Below, piece by piece: positions 46,845-60,335 of a DNA stretch of 64,000 bases; position 1 is the first letter of the stretch; every line of letters starts with the position of its first letter. The position numbers and the translations under genes are program-made. This DNA is from Paraspadella gotoi. Lineage: Eukaryota > Animalia > Chaetognatha. Where the stretch lies: assembly GCA_051294375.1 (NCBI GenBank), contig CM119265.1:17857271-17921270 (forward strand). Direction: 5' to 3'. Under the pieces are notes generated by a model that was not told where the DNA came from, did not search any database, and saw nothing but the letters and a program-made list of their open reading frames with translations.

Positions 46845-47074
46845 ACATTTTTTTTTTTCATAAAAGGTTATTCGCTTAATTTGCTAACTATATTTACTGA
46901 ACAAGAGAGCAAACGTTTTAATTAGTGTAAAGTTTATTGACGAGCGGGCGTAGCTTGCATGGTGCTAGAAGATAGGCGTGTCAAAAGTTACGTTCCGATA
47001 ATAAAAAAACAATAAAAGAGGTAAGCAGGTAAATGTCGAATAACACAGACGCTTTTTTTTATTTCGAGATTTTT

Positions 47075-47711
47075 TCAAATGTAATCGGGCAGCGGAGCCA
47101 TCAAGGCTTGGAGAAGTTGTTTGTAGTCGACGAGTCCTTTGTTGATCATCCCAGCCTCTTGAAAAAGGTGGTTGACCTCGCGGGACGACATCCGCTCCCC
47201 GGTCGACGTCAAAACCTGGAGAGAAAATATTATTTAATGATAACAAAAATAATAATTTTTAATAATGACTCGAAGCTTCTCGTTTCAAAATACCAAGACC
47301 TTAGTTATGATTGCGGCCGGCAGAACCCCTTTGCCGTCCTTGTCCTGAGCTTGGAAGCCCTCGAGAATTTCTTGGTAAGCGTTCTCCACTTTGGAATGCT
47401 CGTGCAAAACTTCGAGGAAATTGGCAAAATCGATTTTTCCTAACCGAAGCGAGAATGAGAATGAGAATTAAATTTTGCTTTCATTGTTCGATTCCTGTGC
47501 ACAAGATTGCATCGTCGAATTCCAAAGAATTTTAACCGTTTTTGTTGTGTTTCCGAAAGTAGCCAATGGTTTCGGTGTAGGTCGGGCTGAAGTTGAGGCT
47601 CTGCATCAGCTTCTCCAGTTCCTCTGGGGACTCGACGAAGCCGCGCTTTTGAAGGAAGAAGAAACACTCTTTGAATTGATCGATGTCCTTTTGGTTAAAG
47701 TGCTTGGCCAT
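47075..47711 (-). CDS. CALML4: Calmodulin-like protein 4 type EF-hand myosin light chain
   Basis: Exons 47711-47537, 47439-47300 and 47215-47075 give 151 aa: MAKHFNQKDIDQFKECFF...SLNFSPT...GKIDFANFLEVLH...DKDGKGVLPA...LTSTGERMSSREVNHLFQEA...VDYKQLLQALMAPLPDYI. The N-terminal MAK.F....I..FKECF and C-terminal P..DY are typical of CALML4. Confidence 0.82.
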
Positions 47712-48273
47712 GTTGACGATTTTGAGATCTTAAATCTGTCGCAAGGCCGATGTTAATATCTCTGTCGGGGGGCCTTTCATATGTAATATCGTGAACTTGC
47801 TTCTTTTAGGGTGTCTTCCAACGAATTTGTTTGGTAGTTTTGACTTTTGAGAGGAAGTCTCGACAGAGACGATCCTGGCGTCAAATATTCGAAGTTCGGA
47901 AGCCTAGAAACTTGTGTCGTTCCATCGGAAATGAAAAAACAAAACGACAAAATGCCACTGGCTGGCCGTTAGCAGTTGAATCATTAACTTTATTCGGTGA
48001 GCCGGCTTTTCACGGTAAAAAAGTAATGCTTGGAGAGAAATTATAAAGATTATTAATATTATGGCATAAGTGAGTGATGTGATTGGCTTAAACTCAGAAA
48101 CAGTTATTTTTTTTCAAGTCAAAATCTACTAGCGACCTTGAATGTCATTAGCTTCCAATCAGATTTCAGAACGAACTTTGCTCGAATTTAAATCCTTACA
48201 TCACTCAGTCAGGCACGAGAGAACGGTCGAGTTAAAAAAAAAATCAAAAGAAATAAAAACTTTGACGAACAAA

Positions 48274-49542
48274 ATGTCCGCTTTCCCACCGACGGTCGTG
48301 GGCTTGGCCCTCTATCGGATTCGCTCTGTACGAACCGATCCCGTTCGACATCGTCGATTACTACTTCGTGTGGCGGACGACGAATATTATAAAAGCGGCT
48401 GGGTTGTGGAATCGCCTCACTGGACGCGCCGTTTGGGAGTTCGATCCGATCAACACCTTCCAAACGCACGCCCCGCCCGACGCCGATGTCGCCGTCAAGG
48501 ATCTCGACATCGACGGCGTGCCCGTTCGGTTCTACCGTCCGGCGCGCCCGCTGAGGAGAGACGCCTTGGTCGTGTGGATCCACGGCGGTGGCTTCGCTTG
48601 GGGCAGCGTCAAGGGCACGGACCGGCTGGTGCTGGGGATGGCCAAGAGATCTGGCCTCAACTTTGCCTCGATCGAGTATCGCCGCTCGCCGCAGCATCCG
48701 TTTCCTGCGCCGCACGACGACTGCCTCACCGCCGTCAAGGGGATGCTGCAACGAGCGCAGGAGCTGGGGTTCGTTCCCGGGAAGATGGTGCTGATGGGCG
48801 CCAGCGCCGGAGGGAATCTGGCTGCGTACTTGACGCAAGCGTTGAGGCCTACTGAAGGGGAGGAGCATCCGGTCAAGTTGCAGGCGAGGAGGGTTTTTAT
48901 TTGTGAATTGTGTATTTGTGATTATCTACTTTACTTGTTTAATAATGCCAATTTCGCTTCTTCTTTTGAATAATCTTCCAGGTCTTGGTATACCCCGTTC
49001 TCCAAATCTACGACACCCAAACGCCTTCCTGGCAGCTGCCCTACTCTCCTTTACTCACTCATAAACAAGTCCTCACCTTCGGCTCCCTCCTCGTCACCGG
49101 CACTGATACCTTCGATTACCATAATTTCTGCGCCATCAGAGACGAGACCCTCCGCCGTCGCTATTTGTCCTACACTGACCCTCGCCTCGTGCCCGAGGGG
49201 CTGCCGCCGGCCGTTCGCAAGCCGCGCGACGTAGATGTTACGCCCGATTCGGTCACCGATCGCGCCATCGCGCCCTTCATTCACTTTTGCAAAGATCCTC
49301 GCCTTTCGCCCCTCGTCGTCGAAGATCTCTCCCGCCTCCCAAAGGCGCTCCTCCAGGCCTGCGAGTACGACGTCCTTCGGGACGACGCCGTCTTCTACGC
49401 CAAAAGGCTCGTCGACGCCGGCGTGGAGGCAGAGGTGCAGATCCCGCCCAAGACCTATCACGGAATCTTCACCAATTTGAAGAGCGAGGTGGGGCGGAAG
49501 ATGGCCGACGACGCCTTAGATTTTATCCATCAGAATTTATGA
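48274..49542 (+). CDS. AADAC/NCEH1-like alpha/beta hydrolase (hormone-sensitive lipase family)
   Basis: N-terminal hydrophobic anchor followed by YEPIP, HGGG oxyanion motif, IEYRRSPQHPFPA, nucleophile GASAGG, YPVLQ, EYDVLRDD and YHG. One intron at 48884-48981. A small frameshift near 48313 is corrected by copy 2. Confidence 0.9.
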
Positions 49543-50169
49543 TTTTTGGGTTGTTGTAGTTGTNNNNNNNNNNGTTGTTGTTGTTTTACAGAAATAAGCT
49601 GAATTGATTTTTATAACTCGATTAGTTACGATGAGAACTTAATTAATGATTTGGTGAATCTATTACGCTGTAATAAGAATGTGACCGTAGGTTCAATGCC
49701 TCATTCGATTAATGAATTAAAAACATTTTTTCCATGAATTTATTACAAATATATTTCAATTGAAAAGGAGCGGCCAAAAATATATATTTCTAAAAATAAC
49801 TTCATCATAATCATTCCTCCGGACGATTATCGAATACTGGAACACATCTATCCAAGCATTAAAAAAAATGGCAGGCACGATGATAAATGACAAAAACGAG
49901 AGACGAAAAAAAAAATCGATTCCTGTACACGCGGTCTCTCTGTCCAGGTAAAGTTTTTACAACTTGATCGTTCTGGGTGGTAGCCTCGGTAGGGTTAAAA
50001 AGAAGGAGACGGAAAATGTCTGGATGAAGGCGGCAGGCTTTGTTGGCGGGAAACAGAATGGGGGGTGGAGAGAAGAGAAGAAGAAGAGAGGGGAAAAGTT
50101 AAGAGTAGATTTGATCGCGTTTTTGTCGTTTTCCCTACTTTCAAGTCGTAACTCCTTCGCGCCGTGTGT

Positions 50170-50206
<37 letters not shown>

Positions 50207-52500
50207 GAGAGAGAGAGAGAGANNNNNNNNNNNNNNNNNNNNNNNNNGCGCAATAGCGCAGCACGATTTAATGGAAGTTATAAATTTGGAAAAGAAAGAA
50301 ACAAAAAAACCTCTTTTTCGGCGTCATCCTTTCTCTCTTTTTCGGCCAGAATTTTTTCTGAATTTTGACGTTCTCGCCGCGGGGAGCGCTTCTCGGAGTC
50401 TCTACCAGCGGCGCCACGGGATAGGACTCTTCTGTAAAAAAAAAGAACAACTATCGGAGAGAAAATATAACGAATAACAAATTTTATTCTTTTGTTGGAC
50501 GCATAATTTGAGTTAATTGAAATACTTTAATATCTAAGAGTTATAAAATATTTTTTTTAAACTTAAAAAAAATTTTTTTAAATTTAAATTGTAACAATTT
50601 ATAACCTATCCTGACGCAGTGAAGTCCATTCACGACTCCCGTCTGCCGTAGACGATAAGGTGGCAGATATGAGGGTGGGCGGCAGAAGAAGAGGGTGAGG
50701 CGCGGATGTTGCGAAGCTGGTGACAGATGAAAAGGAGCTGCTTGCTGTCTCCACGGCGGCGCGTTCTTTAGTATGGACCTCCCATTTCGTCGACAGGTAA
50801 TGACGACGACGGCGAGAATGTGGGTAAGTTCGCGCGAATGACGTTTCTAGCGCCGGGGAAGTGAAGGTCGACGGCGCTATGTGGAAATCTGAGAGTATGA
50901 CGCCGCCGCCCGGAGCCACTCACTCTCCGGCGTCGAGGCGTTCCTGGCGGCGCGGCGCCGGATTCCGTCGTTCGGACTCCGCCTCGGCGGCCTCGTCGGT
51001 GGCGAAGCGGCGACGATTCGCCGGGGTCGTCGGCGCCGACGAGGGGGCGTGCTGAGGGCGAGTGAACGATACCCTATGACGGCGTCGGTAGAGACAAAAT
51101 GTCAATAGACGATTCGGAAACATTCGTTTAAAAAAAAAAATGTTTGATACCCTTCGTTTCTTTTGTTTCTTTAAAATATTTTTGACTTTTTGAAATCAAA
51201 AATAAACTCCGCCGTTCGAAAAGTACGCGACGAATCAAAACGGAAAAAGATTTCCGAAAAGAAAACGGAAGTTCGCGGGTTTTTTTTCTTTGTTTTTTTT
51301 TTTTAAATATTTTTTTCTCGACGGCGACGATCGACGTCGACGCCTCTCGTCGCCAGGTTTTTTCTTTCGCTCGAAAACCGCGCGGTTCTCCTCTTCCTCT
51401 CTTCTCTTCTTCTCTTCCGTCTTATTCTCTTTTTTTTTTTTTGCCCCCCTCCATCTCTCGCTCTCGTCTCGTCCTTTTCTCTCCTTTTTTTTTGTTTGCT
51501 TCTCTTAGGTTGACTTTCCTTTCCTCTCTTGTCCTTTCCTCCCTTTCCTTTTTTCCTTTCCTCCGCTTTCCTTTTCCGCTTCCGATTCGTCTGTTCTTCC
51601 TTCCTTCCTACTCTTTTTTTTCTCTTCTTCTTTCTCGGCCTTTGTCTCCTTTTGTTTGCTCTTGTATTTTCCCGTTTTTCTCTTTTTCTCCCTATTATTT
51701 CTTCGTCAACGAATTCTTTGTTTCTTCCTCTTTCAGAAATCGAAAGTTGGTTTAATCTTGAAGCTGCGAAACTTTCAAATTGGCGGAACACGGATGGAAT
51801 CCTTTGCTTATAATGCATAGTTTATCTCAACAATCTCATCGACAGATGGCACGTTTCAAGGGGTAAATCACAATGTCTCCGGAGTATATAGATTAAACAT
51901 ACAAATTGTACATTACAATAAGAGTCTATACGAAAGCAAATTAATCAAGACGACATCTATGCTGCATTAATTAAAAATACTTACAACATTTAAGAATTAT
52001 TTTAGGTTGCACTATTTACAAATATTTACAGCGTTATAGTTTGTACTATAATTTCATCCTACAATATTATATGCGATTTTATTCGAATACAACGAGGTTG
52101 ATTCAGTGACATCATCTCAACAAACAAACAAACAAAGAAGACTAAGTCTAAGCAAAAAAAAAAAAAACAATTATAAAATAGAGAGAAAAAACAGTTAATT
52201 AAATAAAATTAATTAATTAAAATTTAATATTGGTCAGTCCATTTATTATAAATAAAAATAATCTATTAATCATAAAATTTACTTATAAAGTTTAAACATA
52301 TAAAGGTTATGAATAGTTGTAAACTGATTATTGAGGACAACGCGCGACGCGGCGAGAATTTTCATTGAAAACCCTGTAGGGATTTTACGATTGTTTTTCT
52401 TTCGAGGGAAGATGTCGCGGAGATTCGCGGCAGCGCGGGATGATTTGTTTGTTTATTAACCTTTAGATGGAGATGGGAACATCAATGCGTTTTAACAGAC

Positions 52501-52597
<97 letters not shown>

Positions 52598-52929
52598 AGT
52601 GGGGGGTGAAACAAAACATGGGATGAAGGAGGACAGATGATTTGTGATTTAAAAGAGATTAAAGAGTTTAAGAGAAAAGCGGAAGCTAGTGAGAGTGAGA
52701 GAAAGCCCCAATATTTGCGTTTTTCTCTCTGGCCACAAAACCTAGTTTTTCTTAGTGCGAGTGTACCTTAGTAGTCCTCAGGTTCTGATTCCAAGTAATC
52801 CATAAATCCGAGAGCACGGAGGCAGTATATTGGTTTTTAAAGCCGATTTTACTTTGGAGCGTGAAAGTGAAAACGTTTCAAATTTCCGGAGCTGAGAATT
52901 TCCTTTTCACTTATCAGATTCTTTCTTTT

Positions 52930-52989
<60 letters not shown>

Positions 52990-53296
52990 TTCTTTCTTTC
53001 TTCTTTTTTTTCTTTTTTTACTTTTATTCTTTTTCTTTCTTTCTTTTTTTTCTTTATCCTCGTTATTTCAATCTTCTTTTTTTATTTAATATTTCTTTTT
53101 ATTAACATTTTATTTATTTTTTTTGTTTTGAGATATTCATTCAATTCGGCAAAGAACAAGCAAAGCAGACTTCCCATGAAAAGTATATCTCGTGGGTTCA
53201 GAGTCAAGTCTCTTCCACGTTAAGAAGATAACGACTTTACCGTAGAACTACGGCCTTACCTAAAAAAAACCAGACCCTACTTTCAAAATTATCAGC

Positions 53297-56200
53297 ATGG
53301 AAGCCTCTCGGAACCGGGCCCATACTTCCGGAGAAGAGGGTCATAGGGTAAGTACCGCTTGGTTCGGCGAATAAAGAGGGTGAGGAAAAAAATAGTTATC
53401 GAGTGAAGACTGGCTTTCGAGTGAATCTGACATAGAGTAATCTGACGTTGCGTGACCCACCCTTCTCATCTTGAAGCAAACTGTCAGTAAAACGCGAACA
53501 TGTCGTCCAACGCGACTCCTTACCGTCCGCGCCTGATCGCTCAAACCTTGCGCGAGAGAGGGGAGCTGGAGTGGAGCGACCTGCCACCGATTCCCGTTCC
53601 GGAAGCGGACCTCAAGGACGAGAACACCCGCACGCTTTTTGGTCAGGCTCGATATTTTCTTTTTTTAAGGGGGGGGTTTACTTTATTTTTATGGGTAACT
53701 CTTCTTTTCAGCGCGTAATCGCCACGCCCGCTGAGAACATCGTGGAATTCAGTCACGTGACTCAGGAATGGACGCGTCACGCGGAAATCCCGCAGCTGCA
53801 CGTTCATCTCGACATGGACGGACGCATGGTGCACGTAGAGTCGGACGAAAGTAAAAGATCGTCGGAATCGTCGAACAAAGATGCCGTCATGGCGATGACC
53901 TTGGAGGTTGGTCTGGCTAGGGGAGTTGGACGTTCTTCTTTCAACCAAAGGTGTCGCCTTCGCGCCTGCCCGAATCGTATCGTTATCAATCAAAAAACAT
54001 TTAATCAAAAAAAAACAAAAAGACTATCAAAAACAAAACCAATGACAATCACAACTGTCCCCCTCAGGCGGAGAAGACCACGAGGAACGGCGCCGTGGAG
54101 ACTGGCCCCGTCAAACGCCTCGTCAACAAATTCAACTTCGCCGAAGAGATCAGCAGACGTTCAACCTCCGATGCGGGACAAGCACACGCAGACTGACCCG
54201 CCGGGTAAGTACGTGCGGACAAGTTCGACCATGCCGTCTAGCCCCGTGCTGATCAACTCCCCCGCTCCTGGCAGCCCGCGCCACCTTCAGCGCGACGGCC
54301 AACTGCTGGGAGATCTACGACGCCTACAAGGCGGGGGCCGCTCAACGAGGACGACGAGGAAGAGGAGGAGGAAGTGAAGCCGCCCATTGGAGGGGACGAT
54401 GAGGATGAGACGAAGATGAGTCGGCCTCGGAGGAGGAGGGGGAGAAGGACGAGGGATTACAAGTTCCATCGGGTAAGTTTATGGTCTTTCTGGTGAAGGA
54501 TTGTCGGGGTCGATTTTAAAGTGATTCCGAAATGACAAGAAGCGGCTGCAAATAAATTACTACAGTGCGGTAGAATGGGTTTTTTTTTAACCGTAATTTG
54601 AATTTTTTAATTCAATATTATAATCATTTATGCTTTTTTTTACTCGATCCCCAGACGTGCTGGCCAAGGTGTCGACGGCGGTGAAAGATCGTGGAGCGCA
54701 TGGTGATCCAGAACACCTCGGACGAAGTCTCCCTCGACTTCAAGTACTACGAAGACGCCGCCGACGATTGTCGCGAAGGCGGCGACGGGACGCTCCTGCC
54801 GCTCTGGAAGTTCAATTACGAAAGGCCAAGTCTCTATCCGTCACCGGAATGAGTTGGAATTTGAGGTAAGATTCGTTTTTGGTTTGAAAGAGATTTATTT
54901 TCAAGTTTTTTTTTCGTTATGTTTTAAAGTTTAATACTAAAAGTTAAAATATAGTTACTTGAAAAACAATATCTCTTGTTGATTTTAGCAGTTTTATCAA
55001 AAGTGAATTTCATTGATTTTCCGTTTGCTAGATCTGAACTGAAGACACTTTGTCGGGCCGATTCCTATTTAGTAGGAGTCTACGTCGTTCTTATGAGAAC
55101 GAGGAATACATTTTTTTCAATGCGAGATTTTCGTTCATAGATCTGACTACCAACATCTTGATATCAAACAAGCCAGATAATAGACGCTTCTGGATGGAAA
55201 AATTTTCTATCTCTGATTTATATAGAAATAAAAGGGATTTCTTCCCTGAATGTATAAACGTGACCGTGGTATGTTCCTGTTCAACAAATGACTCCAATTT
55301 GCGAATCCTTGGCAAAGTGTCTGAAGGGCTCTCAAAATTTTTCTTTACAATTTTATTTGGTTATTTTGATACGGTACGATCATGAAAAAAGTGAATTGTC
55401 CACTTTGGTGAAATTTTATTTAAAGTAAAAGTAAAAGAAGAGCTAACGATCGGATTTCTAGGAGTTTCAACGGAGGCAGATTCGGGAAAAAACTCTTCTA
55501 TGGCGAAATCTTCCAAAGAAGGGTTGATTTTCCAAGTTTTGGTTAATATTTCTATATTAGGTGGGATTTTTTGAAACTTATATTAACAATATGCCATCAT
55601 TCTACCTTTGGCCGGTATAAGAATATATAAAAAAACCTCGGGCTGTTGTCAGAGCTTATGTCCTAATTTAGCATATCTGTCATTCACTAATTTCCACACG
55701 CTTTTCTCCAGGACCCGATCTCTTCGCCGTGACCTACGGCTCGATACAACGCGTCCAAGCTAAAAAAAAGGTCTGCTCTGCCTGTTCTCGCGAAAATCCT
55801 CGTATCCGATTATGCTACCACCTGGAGAGAGCGCCATGTGCGTTCGATATCAACCTGTCGATCCGCACTTACTCGCCGTTGGGTTCCAGCGAGCGGGAGG
55901 GATGGTTACGGTCTGATATTTGACTTTGCAATCGATTGAATAATCCTTTCTTTTTTCGTTGTTAGTTGTTAGTAGAGAAAGCAAAGAATTTTCAAAATGT
56001 TTATTAAAATAAATTTGTTTTAAACATTCTAAAACTTTTCTTTTCTTTACTTGTAACTAAAGTTTGGTAAATAAATATCTTAAATAGAAAAAAAGAGATA
56101 AAAACAGATTGGTGTTCAGACGGTAAGGGGCGTCTTCAACGTAGGCCTCAAGACAACGAAGCCAATCTACTTCTCCAAGCCAATCTAAAGAAGCATTTCG

Positions 56201-57661
56201 ATCCGTCTGGCAGCTTAATGGTTGTTAGTTTAACTAGACCTTTTTTTCACGAAGTCTTGAAATAACTATTGGTTCGTTTGTTAGGCAAGATGTGGACATC
56301 GGACGGATGCGGAACTTCATTTCGGTTTCCACCGACGGGAACGTATCAACTGTTGGACGCTGCAAAGGTGAGGGATGTTGCCAGGGAAGGATGATTCAGT
56401 AATAAGAGATTTTCATAAATTTGTTTTATATCTCATGTTTTGATCGCCATGAAAGTCGGATTGATTTTCAATTCGTTTCCAGATCCGAAATACTGAAGCA
56501 AGAGATGATCAATATTACCTCGGCAAAGATCCGGTCGAGATTTCGACGGCACGCACCTTTCAACTACGCTTGTTGCACCTGCTTCGCTTTCACAGGATGG
56601 ACCCTTTTCTGTATTTGGTTGCACGGAATCGGGCGAAGTCTTTTACTCTCCAAGGTGTACCGATCAAATCTTTACGAATGCAAAAAAATAAATGAGTATT
56701 AATGTTTATTTTCCTTCGCAGGGCTACAGCTACGATGTTCAAAAGGTGATAGTGCACCACCACATGTCCGTCAACGCCATCCAGTGGAGTCCGTTCCACA
56801 AGGACCTGTACTTGACGGGGGGCCAGCGACTGCGGTCTCAAGATTTGGGACCAGGACGCGACCAGATCCCATCTTCTCCTTCGACTCTCGGGACCCGTGG
56901 CCGACGTCTGTTGGGCTCCTTACAGCGGCACCATTTTCGGAGCTTGTACCGAAGAAGGAAAGTGATGAAAAAAAATATATAGTTATTATTTTTTTACCAA
57001 TCTACTTCTATAAAGGCTATTCCTACGTATTTACTATATTTAATCAGATGATGATATTTCATCTTCTTGTTTTTATTCAGTTTTAATTGAATGCTCGTAG
57101 GTTTACATCTTTGACTTGAACGTGAACAAGTTCGAGCCCATCTGCCAACAAGCCGTCGTTCAGAAGAAAAAGGCCAAGTTGACTCATTTCGAGTTTAACC
57201 CGATCCATCCCATCGTTCTATGCGGCGACGACAAGTCAGATAATTTGTTCAGTTTAAAGTTTAACTTTAAATTTAATTAACTATCGGTTCTCCAATACTT
57301 TTTACTTATAGAACTACAGCAATCATCACGATATCTAATTAACTATTTAAGTTTCGGAAAAAGGGGCCAAAGGGCATTGTGACCAATGAGAAAATAACAA
57401 TCGGTCACGTGTTAACCTAAGCCGATTTTTTTTGTAAAATGAATAATGAAAGTCGGATGCCCTTTATTTCCATCTGCCTTCAATATCCTTATCTCTCAGA
57501 GGCAATTGATCTCGCTCAAGCTCTCCCCCAATCTCCGCAAAAAGCCAAAGCTGAAGAAGAACGAGGTCATCCACGACGTCCCAAAGTTCGAGCTGGACAA
57601 GTTGATGAAGGTTTTGACTCTGGTGGTCGAGCCGCCCACCTCAACCATCATCGTCGATTGA
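53297..57661 (+). CDS. DNAI1: Second copy of DNAI1 with many frameshifts (likely low-quality alternate haplotype)
   Basis: Colinear with 43053-46844. Differences in exons are mostly single-base indels, typical of long-read error. Confidence 0.6.
55073..55665. mobile_element. 593-bp non-autonomous DNA transposon-like insertion in a DNAI1 intron
   Basis: Absent from copy 1 (empty site CCTATTTAGCA at about 44825-44835). Flanked by direct repeat ATTTAG at 55067-55072 and 55666-55671, with termini TAGGA...TCCTA. Confidence 0.75.
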
Positions 57662-57885
57662 ACATTTTTTTTTTTTCATAAAAGGTTATTCGCTTAATTG
57701 CTAACTATATTTACTGAACAAGAGAGCAAACGTTTTAATTAGTGTAAAGTTATTGACGAGCGGGCGTAGCTTGCATGGTGCTAGAAGATAGGCGTGTCAA
57801 AAGTTACGTTCCGATAATAAAAAAAAAAAAAAGGTAAGCAGGTAAATGTCGAATAACAAGACGCTTTTTTTATTCGAGATTTTTT

Positions 57886-58518
57886 TCAAATGTAATCGGG
57901 CAGCGGAGCCATCAAGGCTTGGAGAAGTTGTTTTGTAGTCGACGAGTCCTTTGTTGATCATCCAGCCTCTTGAAAAAGGTGGTTGACCTCGCGGGACGAC
58001 ATCCCTCCCCGGTCGACGTCAAAACCTGGAGAGAAATATTATTTAATGATAACAAAAATAATATTTTTAATAATGACTCGAAGCTTCTCGTTTCAAATAC
58101 CAAGACCTAGTTATGATTGCGGCCGGCAGAACCCTTTGCCGTCCTTGTCCTGAGCTTGGAAGCCCTCGAGAATTTCTTGGTAAGCGTTCTCCACTTTGGA
58201 ATGCTCGTGGCAAAACTTCGAGGAAATTGGCAAAATCGATTTTTCCTAACCGAAGCGAGAATGAGAATGAGAATTAAATTTTGCTTTCATTGTTCGATTC
58301 CTGTGCACAAGATTGCATCGTCGAATTCCAAAGAATTTAACCGTTTTTGTTGTGTTTCCGAAAAGTAGCCAATGGTTTCGGTGTAGGTCGGGCTGAAGTT
58401 GAGGCTCTGCAATCAGCTTCTCCATTCCTCTGGGGACTCGACGAAGCCGCGCCTTTTGAAGGAAGAAGAAACACTCTTTGAATTGATCGATGTCCTTTTG
58501 GTTAAAGTGCTTGGCCAT
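57886..58518 (-). CDS. CALML4: Second copy of CALML4-like gene, frameshifted
   Basis: Colinear with 47075-47711 and starts MAKHFNQKDIDQFKECFF. Confidence 0.6.
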
Positions 58519-59079
58519 GTTGACGATTTTGAGATCTTAAATCTGTCGCAAGGCCGATGTTAATATCTCTGTCGGGGGCCTTTCATAGGTAATATCGTGA
58601 ACTTGCTTCTTTTAGGGTGTCTTCCAACGGATTTGTTGGTAGTTTTGACTTTTGAGAGGAAGTCTCGACAGAGACGATCCTGGCGTCAAATATTCGAAGT
58701 TCGGAAGCCTAGAAACTTGTGTCGTTCCATCGGAAATGAAAAAACAAAACGACAAAATGCCACTGGCTGGCCGGTTAGCAGTTGAATCATTAACTTTATT
58801 CGGTGAGCCGGCTTTTCACGGTAAAAAAGTAATGCTTGGAGAGAATTATAAAGATTATTAATATTATGGCATAAGTGAGTGATGTGATTGGCTTAAACTC
58901 AGAAACAGTTATTTTTTTTCAAGTCAAAATCTACTAGCGACCTTGAATGTCATTAGCTTCCAATCAGATTTCAGAACGAACTTTGCTCGAATTTAAATCC
59001 TTACATCACTCAGTCAGGCACGAGAGAACGGTCGAGTTAAAAAAAAAAATCAAAAGAAATAAAAACTTTGACGAACAAA

Positions 59080-60335
59080 ATGTCCGCTTTCCACCGGACG
59101 GTCGTGGGCTTGGCCCTCCTACTCGGATTCGCTCTGTACGAACCGATCCCGTTCGACATCGTCGATACTACTTCGTGTTCGGACGACGAATATTATAAAA
59201 GCGGCTGGGTTGTGGAATCGCCTCACGGACGCGCCGTTTGGGAGTTCGATCCGATCAACACCTTCCAAACGCACGCCCGCCCGACGCCGATGTCGCCGTC
59301 AAGGATCTCGACATCGACGGCGTGCCCGTTCGGTTCTACGTCCGGCGCGCCCGCTGAGGAGAGACGCCTTGGTCGTGTGGATCCACGGCGGTGGCTTCGC
59401 TTGGGGCAGCGTCAAGGGCACGGACCGGCTGGTGCTGGGGATGGCCAAGAGATCGGCTCAACTTTGCCTCGATCGAGTATCGCCGCTCGCCGCAGCATCC
59501 GTTTCCTGCGCGCACGACGACTGCCTCACCGCCGTCAAGGGGATGCTGCAACGAGCGCAGGAGCTGGGTTCGTTCCCGGGAAGATGGTGCTGATGGGCGC
59601 CAGCGCCGGAGGGAATCTGGCTGCGTACTTGACGCAAGCGTTGAGGCCTACTGAAGGGAGGAGCATCCGGTCAAGTTGCAGGCGAGGAGGGTTTTTATTT
59701 GTGAATTGTGTATTTGTGATTATCTACTTTACTTGTTTAATAATGCCAATTTCGCTTCTTCTTTTGAATAATTTCCAGGTCTTGGTATACCCCGTTCTCC
59801 AAATCTACGACACCCAAACGCCTTCCTGGCAGCTGCCCTACTCTCCTTTACTCACTCATAAACAAGTCCTCACCTTCGGTCCCTCCTCGTCACCGGCACT
59901 GATACCTTCGATTACCATAATTTCTGCGCCATCAGAGACGAGACCCTCCGCCGTCGCTATTTGTCCTACACTGACCCAGGCCTCGTGCCCGAGGGGCTGC
60001 CGCCGGCCGTTCGCAAGCCGCGCGACGTAGATGTACGCCCGATTCGGTCACCGATCGCGCCATCGCGCCCTTCATTCACTTTTGCAAAGATCCTCGCCTT
60101 TCGCCCTCGTCGTCGAAGATCTCTCCCGCCTCCCAAAGGCGCTCCTCCAGGCCTGCGAGTACGACGTCCTTCGGGACGACGCCGTCTTCTACGCCAAAAG
60201 GCTCGTCGACGCCGGCGTGGAGGCAGAGGTGCAGATCCCGCCCAAGACCTATCACGGAATCTTCACCAATTTGAGAGGCGAGGTGGGGCGGAAGATGGCC
60301 GACGACGCCTTAGATTTTATTCACAGAATTTATGA
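59080..60335 (+). CDS. Second copy of AADAC/NCEH1-like hydrolase, frameshifted
   Basis: Colinear with 48274-49542. HGGG, GASAGG and EYDVLRDD appear in shifting frames. Confidence 0.6.

Noticed and set aside
53297-60335. Pseudogenised paralogues of DNAI1, CALML4-like and the esterase
   Set aside because: The lesions are dense single-base indels with few substitutions, the signature of unpolished long reads. Copy 2 even corrects a frameshift in copy 1.
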